Shown piece after piece: positions 7,944 to 15,380 of a stretch of DNA of 40,193 nucleotides (positions are counted from its first letter, which is position 1; every line of letters begins with the position of its first letter). A program made the translations under genes and the position numbers. Source of the DNA: a virus (taxonomy: Duplodnaviria; Caudoviricetes); the IMG/VR virus record IMGVR_UViG_3300012041_000041, positions 1 to 40,193 of that record. The stretch is one strand, 5' to 3'. The notes beneath the pieces are model-generated. The model did not search any database. It was given only the letters and a program-made list of their open reading frames with translations, and had not been told where the DNA came from.

Positions 7944-8192
7944 TTAGATTGTTCGTCCATTGTTTATCCAATATTTATAAGTGTTTGTTTCGTCTTTAAA
8001 AATCCTTATTCTGTACCCCTCATATAGATCATCGCTTCCTTCTACTTTAACTAATCCACCACAATTATAATTCTCCTTTAATGATGTTATATGTGTAGGT
8101 TCTTTATTAAACTTATAGCTTCCTTCGATTATTATTGGAACTCTCAGTTCAAAACAATCCTTTAATTCTTCAAATGTTAATTGTTCGCTCAT
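7944..8192 (-). CDS. Hypothetical protein in the cassette array
   Basis: ORF track; shares its leader with yopX. Confidence 0.65.
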   Translation of the reverse strand: MSEQLTFEELKDCFELRVPIIIEGSYKFNKEPTHITSLKENYNCGGLVKVEGSDDLYEGYRIRIFKDETNTYKYWINNGRTI

Positions 8193-8266
8193 TTTCCTTT
8201 GGTTAAATGTTTATTCTTTCAATTGCTACTCTTCGTTAAAATACTAACCGCTAACATTGGCTAAAA
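8189..8266. repeat. 78-bp direct repeat, copy 2
   Basis: 77/78 identical to 7718-7795. Confidence 0.95.
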
Positions 8267-8272
8267 ACCGTT
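8247..8272 (+). repeat. Internally deleted attC-like site 6
   Basis: ACCGCTAAC aTTGGCTA AAAACC GTT: both ends of site 5 joined at the A-run with no hairpin body. Confidence 0.6.
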
Positions 8273-8306
8273 ATTTCACACTATATTACTTTTAAGGTTT
8301 TCGTTT

Positions 8307-10046
8307 TCAAAAAGGCATGTTGTCATTTACGCTTAAAAAATCAAATGTTTCATTTATTTTTGATTGTGTTTCTGTTTTTTCCAAAGGGTTGTAATTGTAA
8401 AGCATGTACCTATTTGTAGATGTGTCAAACTCAAAATCAATTTCTCCTCCTATACCTACTAATCTTTGGTTCTTTACTTTTTCAAAACAAACTTTTACTG
8501 TTTTATTTAATCTGTCTGTTTTTCTAAATGGTCGCCAAACATATGCTACATTATCCGCCTTGTCAGCAAAAGTACCGCCCCCCTTTATTTTATACGAACT
8601 AGGTTCTGGGAAGTCTTGCCCGTTTACAAATGATGGTGTTACTTGATGTGCTACTAAATGAACAGACGTGTCAGTTTCTAAGGCAAACCTTTTAAGTTGA
8701 CTCATAAACCAACTTACATATTGGTCTATTTGTTTGTTGCCTTGATTATGATCGAATTGATTGTAGGGGTCTAATACAATTCTCTTAACACCTTGTCTAC
8801 GAATCAGATATAGCATTTTGTTTTTAACAGATTCCCATGTGTGATCCTTTTCTGGATAAACATAAAAGAAGTGTTTTTTTACAAATTCCATCCCTTTCTC
8901 ATATTCGCTTTTATTCATCACATTTTTATAAAAACTATCTGTACTTTTCCCAATATACGAATGTATTATATCATCATAAAACTCATCGGCAGGAAACTCT
9001 TCTGGAGAAAATACAGCCGTTTTAACTCCATCGAATTTGGCGTTAATTAACAATAATTGTTTTAAAAACTTACTTTTACCTTCATTCATGTACCCAGTCC
9101 AGATAGTTACTTCACCTGTTCTGTGTGTCCAAATAGTATCGAAATCATTAAAATATGTTGTTTCTCCTCTTCTCTTACCATTATGGAACGTGTAAAGCAT
9201 TGAATCCCTAACATCTTCAAGATTAAACACCCCATCCACCTTAACGTCTATTGCGTTTTTAAAACATTCTTTTAATACTTCTTTACCTTCATAAATTAAA
9301 ACATCGTTTGCATCTTTGTGGTCATTAGGGAAATTTATTATTTTACATTTTTCAGCACCAAAACGTATAATTAATTCTTTCTCTAATCTTTTGCCGTTTG
9401 CATCTTTGTCGACAGCTATGTAAATAGTTTCTGCCTGTTCAAAAACATCATAACAATTTGTTATGCATTCTAATTTTTTATCTACATTTTTATCGTTTTC
9501 ATTTGGCGCACCCTGATTAACTGAAGTTACATTTTTAAATCCAGCTACTTCAAATGCCATAACATCAAATTCCCCCTCACAAATAATAATTTCTTTTTGA
9601 CCTTTTATTTGATCTAAATTATAAACTATTACTTCAGCATCTTTGGTCTGTCTAAAATCTTTGCCATTTAACGCCCTTTTCTTTACGTTTACGAGCATTT
9701 TATCTCTTAGATAAGGAAACACTACCCAGCCGTTCTCTTGTTTGATCTTATGGGCTAAAACAACTTCTTGAGTAATTCCCCGATTTGTGAAAAGTTGAAG
9801 CCCTGAATCTGTTAACTCGGTAAAATTTGTTCTAATTGGTTTTTGAAACATAGGCTTTGCGGCATCCTTAACGCATCCCTTCCACCCGCATTTGTGGCAA
9901 TTGTAAAGCCCTTTGAAGTAGTCAATGGATAAGCACGTGTCTTTTATGTTTGTTTTGCCTATTTTAACGCAGTTAGGGCATGGTAATTTTTGTTGTGCTG
10001 AATTGCCTTTTGGTTCTATTCCGATTTCGTAAAACTTATTTCTCAT
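8307..10046 (-). CDS. Bifunctional primase-helicase (T7 gp4/Twinkle-like)
   Basis: N-terminal zinc finger CPNC...CHKC, TOPRIM ICEGEFD and AVDKDANG, Walker A GYMNEGKS, SF4 motifs LVAH and ADKAD. Confidence 0.92.
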   Translation of the reverse strand: MRNKFYEIGIEPKGNSAQQKLPCPNCVKIGKTNIKDTCLSIDYFKGLYNCHKCGWKGCVKDAAKPMFQKPIRTNFTELTDSGLQLFTNRGITQEVVLAHKIKQENGWVVFPYLRDKMLVNVKKRALNGKDFRQTKDAEVIVYNLDQIKGQKEIIICEGEFDVMAFEVAGFKNVTSVNQGAPNENDKNVDKKLECITNCYDVFEQAETIYIAVDKDANGKRLEKELIIRFGAEKCKIINFPNDHKDANDVLIYEGKEVLKECFKNAIDVKVDGVFNLEDVRDSMLYTFHNGKRRGETTYFNDFDTIWTHRTGEVTIWTGYMNEGKSKFLKQLLLINAKFDGVKTAVFSPEEFPADEFYDDIIHSYIGKSTDSFYKNVMNKSEYEKGMEFVKKHFFYVYPEKDHTWESVKNKMLYLIRRQGVKRIVLDPYNQFDHNQGNKQIDQYVSWFMSQLKRFALETDTSVHLVAHQVTPSFVNGQDFPEPSSYKIKGGGTFADKADNVAYVWRPFRKTDRLNKTVKVCFEKVKNQRLVGIGGEIDFEFDTSTNRYMLYNYNPLEKTETQSKINETFDFLSVNDNMPF

Positions 10047-10611
10047 AAATTATCCCTTCGTTTTTACAATGATCCATAATTGCTTTTTCACTCATCCCTC
10101 CCTGACCTCTTTGATGTTGATTGCCGAATAAAAGTTCACCCTTGACGTAGGCACATTTCAATTTATATTTTTCATCAAAAAATTCCTCTTCTTCTCTTTT
10201 CTTTTCTTCTCTTTTCTTTTCTTTATTGCTTTGTTTCGCTTTATCTTCGCTAACCGTTCGGTTAGCGTTCGGTTTTCCGCTTAGATTGTCAGGCGTTTTG
10301 GGTCTACCTCCTTTTTTGCCGTTTTCGGAATTTACACAACTTAGCTTCTTTCTTTCTGTAAATTGTTCATCCAGAAATTTAATTGAAATGGCATCATCTA
10401 TAATGGTTAAAAAACGATCTTTTAACTCTAATAATTGGGGTGGATTTTTAAATCTTTTATTAATATCTGATAAAGACAATGCGCCTTCTCTTTGCCAATA
10501 AATAGCACAAATATTTATAAATAAACCCTGTACATCATAATTTTCAAAAACAATATCTCCAGTAAGCCAATCAGCAACAGTAAACTTAAAATAAGGAAGT
10601 TCTTTAGCCAT
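10036..10611 (-). CDS. Replication initiator-like protein (YdaU/DUF1376-like N-terminus)
   Basis: LPYFKF.VADWL and NGKKGGRP motifs, low-complexity linker, position upstream of helicase; likely start MAKELPY. Confidence 0.7.
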   Translation of the reverse strand: MAKELPYFKFTVADWLTGDIVFENYDVQGLFINICAIYWQREGALSLSDINKRFKNPPQLLELKDRFLTIIDDAISIKFLDEQFTERKKLSCVNSENGKKGGRPKTPDNLSGKPNANRTVSEDKAKQSNKEKKREEKKREEEEFFDEKYKLKCAYVKGELLFGNQHQRGQGGMSEKAIMDHCKNEGIIYEK

Positions 10612-10780
10612 TCGTCCCTCCACACTCTAATTCATTATAACATAACCATATAGCAGTTTTAATGTCGACACCCTTTTTAAGATGATTGTAAAGTCTAAAT
10701 AAGTAGGCTGTATTGTGTTTTTTGAATAGCTTTTCAGCAGTAGCTTCTGTGCTTTCCATTCTATTGTAACTTCTTTTCAT
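10604..10780 (-). CDS. Small hypothetical protein
   Basis: ORF track, start trimmed to ATG MKRSYN. Confidence 0.5.
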   Translation of the reverse strand: MKRSYNRMESTEATAEKLFKKHNTAYLFRLYNHLKKGVDIKTAIWLCYNELECGGTNG

Positions 10781-10925
10781 AAATGTATAAAAACAAAATA
10801 CCCCCAAAGATGTGGTCGCATCAATGAGGGCATTTGTTATATAGTTGTCGTGAGTAACCTCAACCTACAACTTATTTCAAACTATCATCCGACCAAATGA
10901 TATTATATTTTCATAAAGAACTGCA

Positions 10926-10957
10926 CAAATATAGTCAATGATTTTCATCACTACAAA
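10926..10957 (-). promoter_or_regulatory. Bacteroidota sigma-A type promoter for replication genes
   Basis: Minus strand TTTG-N20-TATATTTG. Confidence 0.65.
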
Positions 10958-11146
10958 TTATAAATGATATTTTGCAATGTTTTTTCCGTTCTTTAGTTCT
11001 ACCATAGTTGTTTTTATTTCCATGCCAGACTTTCTAAGATCGTAAATACGTGCCGACAATCTTAATATTCCGTAACGGTTAAATGCTTCTAAACAAGTGA
11101 TTGGCTTTTTAGATAAGTGCTGTGCTATTTGTTTATTTTGTTCCAT
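10958..11146 (-). CDS. Winged HTH domain protein
   Basis: ITCLEAFNRYGILRLSARIYDLRKSG motif. Confidence 0.8.
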   Translation of the reverse strand: MEQNKQIAQHLSKKPITCLEAFNRYGILRLSARIYDLRKSGMEIKTTMVELKNGKNIAKYHL

Positions 11147-11339
11147 GTATTGAATTGGTTTCTAGTTGGTTAATACGTTCTTTATAAAGGTTTAGTTTAA
11201 CATACAACCCACCCGAAATAATAACATGAGAAAGGAGTATAATTAATACAAGTTGAAAGTCTTTTTTGCGCTTCCATTTTACAATCTGATTCTTTAAATC
11301 GTTTTTTATAATTGCTTGGTTTAGTTCGTGATCTGTCAT
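11133..11339 (-). CDS. Hypothetical membrane protein
   Basis: ORF track; single hydrophobic segment. Confidence 0.55.
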   Translation of the reverse strand: MTDHELNQAIIKNDLKNQIVKWKRKKDFQLVLIILLSHVIISGGLYVKLNLYKERINQLETNSIHGTK

Positions 11340-11521
11340 TTTAATGATTGTTTTATTTTGTTTAATTCATCTAAATAATTAAGATGGGTTTCAATAATCT
11401 TTTCAATGTCACGATAGTCTTTTGCGTCTATTGGATTGGGTCTTAATATTGTGAAGTTTATTTCCCAATATGGAATCTCACATTCTTTGTTTTCGTATTG
11501 TGATTGTATGGGCTGCTTCAT
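11336..11521 (-). CDS. Hypothetical protein
   Basis: ATGA coupling on both sides. Confidence 0.6.
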   Translation of the reverse strand: MKQPIQSQYENKECEIPYWEINFTILRPNPIDAKDYRDIEKIIETHLNYLDELNKIKQSLK

Positions 11522-12060
11522 TTTTTTAGTTCTTTAGTTTTTGATTTATACTCTTTGATTTTATCCATTATTTCAGGTATTGACATTAACAAAGGAATGT
11601 GTCTAGTATTCTCAATATGCTCCACTTGTTCTAATCCTATTCTTTTAATCAATTCTAAGCGGTATGGGATTAGATTACCTCTTAAATGGGTGTTACATTG
11701 GCTGCATTGTTTCCAAACGTTAGACTCGTTAAAACGGTGGTATTGATAAGTAGTAGCTATGTAATGTCCTGCGTGGAACTCTTCAACATTATTTCGCCCA
11801 CAACTGACGCATGGTAAATCCTTATCCCTAATCCTTATGTAAGTATTAAAAACAGTTTGAAGCATTTTAATATAGTCCTTATGAGTTAAAAGGCTAGTTT
11901 TTCGTTCTTTAGTGTCTTGTTTTTCTTCTCTCTCTCGTTTAACCTTATTAAGAGAGTAGGAGCGTTCTATTGCACAAGCGATTGAACAGACAGAATTTAA
12001 CGGGGCTGTTTTTTGAAATACTTTAGAACATTGTTTGCATTTTCTTTTACCTAACTTCAT
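11518..12060 (-). CDS. ninG: NinG/Rap-like recombination endonuclease
   Basis: CKQC..CSIACA, FNTYIRIRDKDLPCVSCG, HAGHY, QCSQCNTHLRGN. Confidence 0.9.
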   Translation of the reverse strand: MKLGKRKCKQCSKVFQKTAPLNSVCSIACAIERSYSLNKVKREREEKQDTKERKTSLLTHKDYIKMLQTVFNTYIRIRDKDLPCVSCGRNNVEEFHAGHYIATTYQYHRFNESNVWKQCSQCNTHLRGNLIPYRLELIKRIGLEQVEHIENTRHIPLLMSIPEIMDKIKEYKSKTKELKK

Positions 12061-12401
12061 ATACTTTGCTTTTCTGATTTAAGCCAACTTATTTGTGTTC
12101 TTATTGCTCCAACTATTTCATAACTACATTGCATTACGTGCCTTAGTTTATACATTTGAGGTATTTGTACATGTGCTTCATTTTCAGCACGAGAAACGCT
12201 ATTGCCATCTAAAACCAGACTGTTAATTATCCTTTGAAATTCATCATGAAATTTGCTTCTTTCGTTTTCCAAATAATATAAAGTAGCTGTTATTTGTTGG
12301 AGCAATTGAACCAAACCTTCTCCATCCATTATATCAGTCTGTCGGTATAATTTTATTTGTTCTGTTAGGTAGTCAAGTGATTTTTCTAAGTCGTTTTTCA
12401 T
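12057..12401 (-). CDS. Hypothetical helical protein
   Basis: ORF track, coupled overlaps. Confidence 0.65.
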   Translation of the reverse strand: MKNDLEKSLDYLTEQIKLYRQTDIMDGEGLVQLLQQITATLYYLENERSKFHDEFQRIINSLVLDGNSVSRAENEAHVQIPQMYKLRHVMQCSYEIVGAIRTQISWLKSEKQSI

Positions 12402-12607
12402 TTATGTCTTATATCAAATTCTATTTGCTTCAATTGCTTGTAAGCCTTGTTGCTTTTTTCTTTTGCAGCTACCCATAAAGGATTATCTGTGTAATCGTAG
12501 CTATCTTCATCGCAGCCAATTAATTGAAAATCAGAGGTTTTTAACGCCTCTGAATCCACTAACATCTGTAATGTTTCTTTTGGTATGGATATTTTTACTA
12601 TCTCCAT
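12398..12607 (-). CDS. Hypothetical protein
   Basis: ORF track, coupled overlaps. Confidence 0.6.
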   Translation of the reverse strand: MEIVKISIPKETLQMLVDSEALKTSDFQLIGCDEDSYDYTDNPLWVAAKEKSNKAYKQLKQIEFDIRHK

Positions 12608-13161
12608 TAGTTTAAAACAGCGTCTTGTAATGCACGTTCTACCGTTTCAGAAACGTAATACTTCATTTTAATCTTTTCGATTGATCCGTTATCTTTTAGG
12701 TACTTAACAGCTTCTTGAAATTCTGGACTTGATTCGTTTAGGTATTTCTTTTCTTGTTTTGGTGCTTCTTTTTTCTCCTGTTTTTGTGGTTGACTTGCCT
12801 TATTTCCGTCGTCGTCCTCAGCTCCTACATTTACCAAACTTTGTAATCCGTATCTTCGTGCGTATGTTATTCCGCTTCCTTGACTTTGAGCATCGTTTTG
12901 TTTGCTGTAAATGATTTCTGTTAATGACTCGACACTTTCACCGCTATCATGTAAAAGAATCGTTTTAATGAAGTTTTTGCCATCAATGTATGCCGTTGGT
13001 TGTAGTACTACAATGCCATGATTATTTAAAGCTGGCATACAAGCCTCTCTAATTGAATTAAGATCAGCGTAACTCGATTTGAAAAAAGGATTTTTGCTAT
13101 CTTTTTTAGCTATTCCCATTTCCTTTTGTGCATCTAATAATGCTTTTGCTATTAGCTTCAT
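12607..13161 (-). CDS. erf: ERF family single-strand annealing protein
   Basis: KNPFFKSSYADL, QSQGSGITYARRYGL and EDDDGN motifs. Confidence 0.92.
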   Translation of the reverse strand: MKLIAKALLDAQKEMGIAKKDSKNPFFKSSYADLNSIREACMPALNNHGIVVLQPTAYIDGKNFIKTILLHDSGESVESLTEIIYSKQNDAQSQGSGITYARRYGLQSLVNVGAEDDDGNKASQPQKQEKKEAPKQEKKYLNESSPEFQEAVKYLKDNGSIEKIKMKYYVSETVERALQDAVLN

Positions 13162-13298
13162 GTCTTTAGGTTTTAGGTTTATTTATTTTTAGCTTCTAAT
13201 ATTCTAAGTAATAATTCAAGGTTAAAATTTCCCCCGTCTCTCCACCATTTAATTGCTTCGTATAATTCTGTAGGTGTCATGTTTGCTGGTTGCATATT

Positions 13299-13547
13299 TT
13301 AGTAATTTTGATTAATAAATAATTGATCCATAAATTTTATACAAGCATTATCTATCCTTATTACTTCGTCTAGAATGCTGTTAATGATTCTTTGATTAGG
13401 TTGTCCACTTGGATATTGCAAAATACCATCCTTACTAGCCATGTACTTAATAGCGTTTGAAGTGTAGTTTTGCATTGTTTTGATCTGTTCAAATGTTACA
13501 ACTACCTTAATGTTACTTTTAGTAAAAAAATAATCTTCGTTTTTCAT
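13299..13547 (-). CDS. Hypothetical protein
   Basis: ORF track, co-oriented early arm. Confidence 0.6.
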   Translation of the reverse strand: MKNEDYFFTKSNIKVVVTFEQIKTMQNYTSNAIKYMASKDGILQYPSGQPNQRIINSILDEVIRIDNACIKFMDQLFINQNY

Positions 13548-13747
13548 ACATTAGTAGTTAATTGTTTAATTGATAGAAAGTAGTTGTCTACATGTTTTAA
13601 AGCCCAATACATATTATCTTCTCTATTAGACATTACTATCTCAGCATATCTAAGAATAGTTACATGTGTATGATTTTTAGATGAATAGATTTTATAGGCG
13701 TAACCCTGAGGGATGTTATCATCTATTCTGTTTATTATTTCTTCCAT
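13544..13747 (-). CDS. Hypothetical protein
   Basis: ORF track, ATGA overlap. Confidence 0.6.
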   Translation of the reverse strand: MEEIINRIDDNIPQGYAYKIYSSKNHTHVTILRYAEIVMSNREDNMYWALKHVDNYFLSIKQLTTNV

Positions 13748-13748
13748 T

Positions 13749-13943
13749 TTATCTGTAAATTATTTTTAATTGCTTATCTCTATATTCGTGTGTTAAATGG
13801 GTGTTTAATGTGTGAAGGTGTATTTTGTATGTAGGCCAAAGCGAAGCAACTTCATTTATTTGGGCTATAAAAATAATATCTGCATTAAGGGTGTCTATTG
13901 TGACTCTTCTGCCGTTTTCTATTGTTTCTATTTCTATTTGCAT
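13749..13943 (-). CDS. Hypothetical protein
   Basis: ORF track, tight packing. Confidence 0.55.
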   Translation of the reverse strand: MQIEIETIENGRRVTIDTLNADIIFIAQINEVASLWPTYKIHLHTLNTHLTHEYRDKQLKIIYR

Positions 13944-13948
13944 TTTAT

Positions 13949-14131
13949 TTAAGGTTCTTGGTTATGATAATCGTGTAAACATTTTGAACAGACAAACTCT
14001 TTGCTGCCCATTTCTAATCTGAATAAATTTTCTTTTTCAAAAGGATTGTAACACATTGGACAATTCTCTAATTCTGGCTCACTATCTTCATAAAAAGAAG
14101 GAGGGTTTATTTCTCTATCTGGTGTAAACAT
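13949..14131 (-). CDS. Small zinc-finger protein
   Basis: CPMC...CSKC. Confidence 0.65.
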   Translation of the reverse strand: MFTPDREINPPSFYEDSEPELENCPMCYNPFEKENLFRLEMGSKEFVCSKCLHDYHNQEP

Positions 14132-14149
14132 TTTTTAAGGGTTTTAGAT

Positions 14150-14474
14150 TAGTGCCTCCTAATGCATCGAAGCAAGTCCCACGTAAAAACAAACTAAATG
14201 GCGGTATAATTATAAATGACGTAGACTAGGAGGCGTATATATGTTGCCCTGATTAAAACGAAATAACAAAGGGCAACTAAAAGGCAACTGTTCATTCAGT
14301 CTTAGCTAAACTCTATGGTTTAGAACCTTTGTAATTTTCTTATTCTCACAGGCAACAGTAAACTTGCCTTAGTCTAACTCCCTATGGTTAGAGACCTGTG
14401 TTAATCCAATATGTCAAATAACGATGATCTTTGAAGAGCGTAGGGAGTCGAACCCTACTAATCCGTTCGCTCTT
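14150..14474 (-). ncRNA. Cluster of predicted structured RNA elements in the early transcript
   Basis: Largely non-coding 330 nt with five stem modules, two T-loop-like motifs and a covarying tandem pair. Confidence 0.45.
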
Positions 14475-14646
14475 ATTTTTTACTAAAATACTCCTCTATT
14501 GCTTCTATTGTTTCTTTTGAAGCCCTGCCACTAAATGCCCTACTAATTGCGTTTTCGCTTATTTGGGTAAATTCGCTTATTTTTTTCTGGTCTCCGCTTT
14601 CTCGTTTAACCTTCCAACGATTAAGCATTTTTTTCTCTACTATCAT
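14473..14646 (-). CDS. 57-aa Cro-like HTH regulator, not in ORF track
   Basis: MIVEKKMLNRWKVKRESGDQKKISEFTQISENAISRAFSGRASKETIEAIEEYFSKK; first gene after the leftward promoter. Confidence 0.7.
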   Translation of the reverse strand: MIVEKKMLNRWKVKRESGDQKKISEFTQISENAISRAFSGRASKETIEAIEEYFSKK

Positions 14647-14684
14647 TTTTGTTGTGTTTATTTCTACATGTATATTTCCGTTGA

Positions 14685-14715
14685 CAAATGTACGTTAAAA
14701 ATAACGCCATGCAAA
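14685..14715 (-). promoter_or_regulatory. Leftward Bacteroidota sigma-A type promoter
   Basis: Minus strand TTTG-N19-TACATTTG. Confidence 0.75.
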
Positions 14716-14762
14716 TTTATTTTCACTTATTTTAAAAATAAATGAATTATTTTGTTAAAATA

Positions 14763-14793
14763 CTTGCAAACGAAATAATATTTTGTATTTTTG
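14763..14793 (+). promoter_or_regulatory. Rightward Bacteroidota sigma-A type promoter
   Basis: CTTG-N19-TATTTTTG upstream of 14827. Confidence 0.65.
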
Positions 14794-14826
14794 AAACTGC
14801 ACAGAATTTAATAACGTATAAAAGTC

Positions 14827-15027
14827 ATGAAATTACCGAACAAAGTAGAACTATTATTTATCTGTATGGGATTGGTTGTAATTTTTGGTGTCCTATCCAA
14901 CTTTTTCGATTGGGCTTTATACGTTTGTTTTATTTGTTTGGCTTATCCAGTAGGATTAAGTTTAGTTATGTTGGCTTATGCTTGGATCATTAACCCTATT
15001 AAAGCACTAAAAGAGAAACTCAAATGA
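14827..15027 (+). CDS. Small 2-TM membrane protein
   Basis: Two hydrophobic helices; ATGA coupling to the next gene. Confidence 0.6.
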   Translation: MKLPNKVELLFICMGLVVIFGVLSNFFDWALYVCFICLAYPVGLSLVMLAYAWIINPIKALKEKLK

Positions 15028-15380
15028 TTCTAAGTCTTGTTTTCTTTTGTTTAGCTGCCATATCGAATGCGATTACCGATAACCTGTCTCACCACTTTTA
15101 CAAATCAATATTCAATACTAATAAATTAAACCGTCGATTCTGGGACGAAGAAGTAAGTAATAAGCTTCCAAAGTTTTTGCCCTATACAGATTACAAGTGG
15201 AGTGCATGGCATGTATTTAAGTCATTGTGGATAGTTCTTGTTGCTTGCAGTGCTGTTTGTTTGTACGGCAATAGATATAGCCTAGAATGGTATATGTACC
15301 CTGTTATCCTAATTGTTTACGGTGTTTGTTGGATTAGCGTATTTAATATTTTTTACAACAGACTATTGAATAAGTTTTGA
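15024..15380 (+). CDS. Multi-pass membrane protein
   Basis: About three TM segments; AWHVFK motif. Confidence 0.65.
   Translation: MILSLVFFCLAAISNAITDNLSHHFYKSIFNTNKLNRRFWDEEVSNKLPKFLPYTDYKWSAWHVFKSLWIVLVACSAVCLYGNRYSLEWYMYPVILIVYGVCWISVFNIFYNRLLNKF

Larger units (their letters stand above)
5258..8272. mobile_element. Integron-like gene cassette array (attC-like sites, no integrase recognised in the genome)
   Basis: Four complete hairpin sites AAC...ccGTT plus two partial sites; each site's left core is complementary to the previous site's right core across the enclosed gene(s). Confidence 0.75.

Noticed and set aside
5258-8272. CRISPR array or IS/MITE interpretation of the repeats
   Set aside because: Repeats are non-identical palindromes separated by whole genes; no constant spacer length, cas genes, transposase or target-site duplications
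10248-10267. Additional attC-like site (GCTAAC...GTTAGC)
   Set aside because: Lies inside a coding region with a 2-nt loop and no inner arms; more likely an origin element
14280-14400. c-di-GMP-I riboswitch or known self-cleaving ribozyme
   Set aside because: Lacks the GGCAAA/GCAAAG and GNRA-receptor elements and the hammerhead, twister or HDV cores as far as I can see
14432-14474. tRNA gene
   Set aside because: Only a T-arm and closing stem are present; no D arm or anticodon arm
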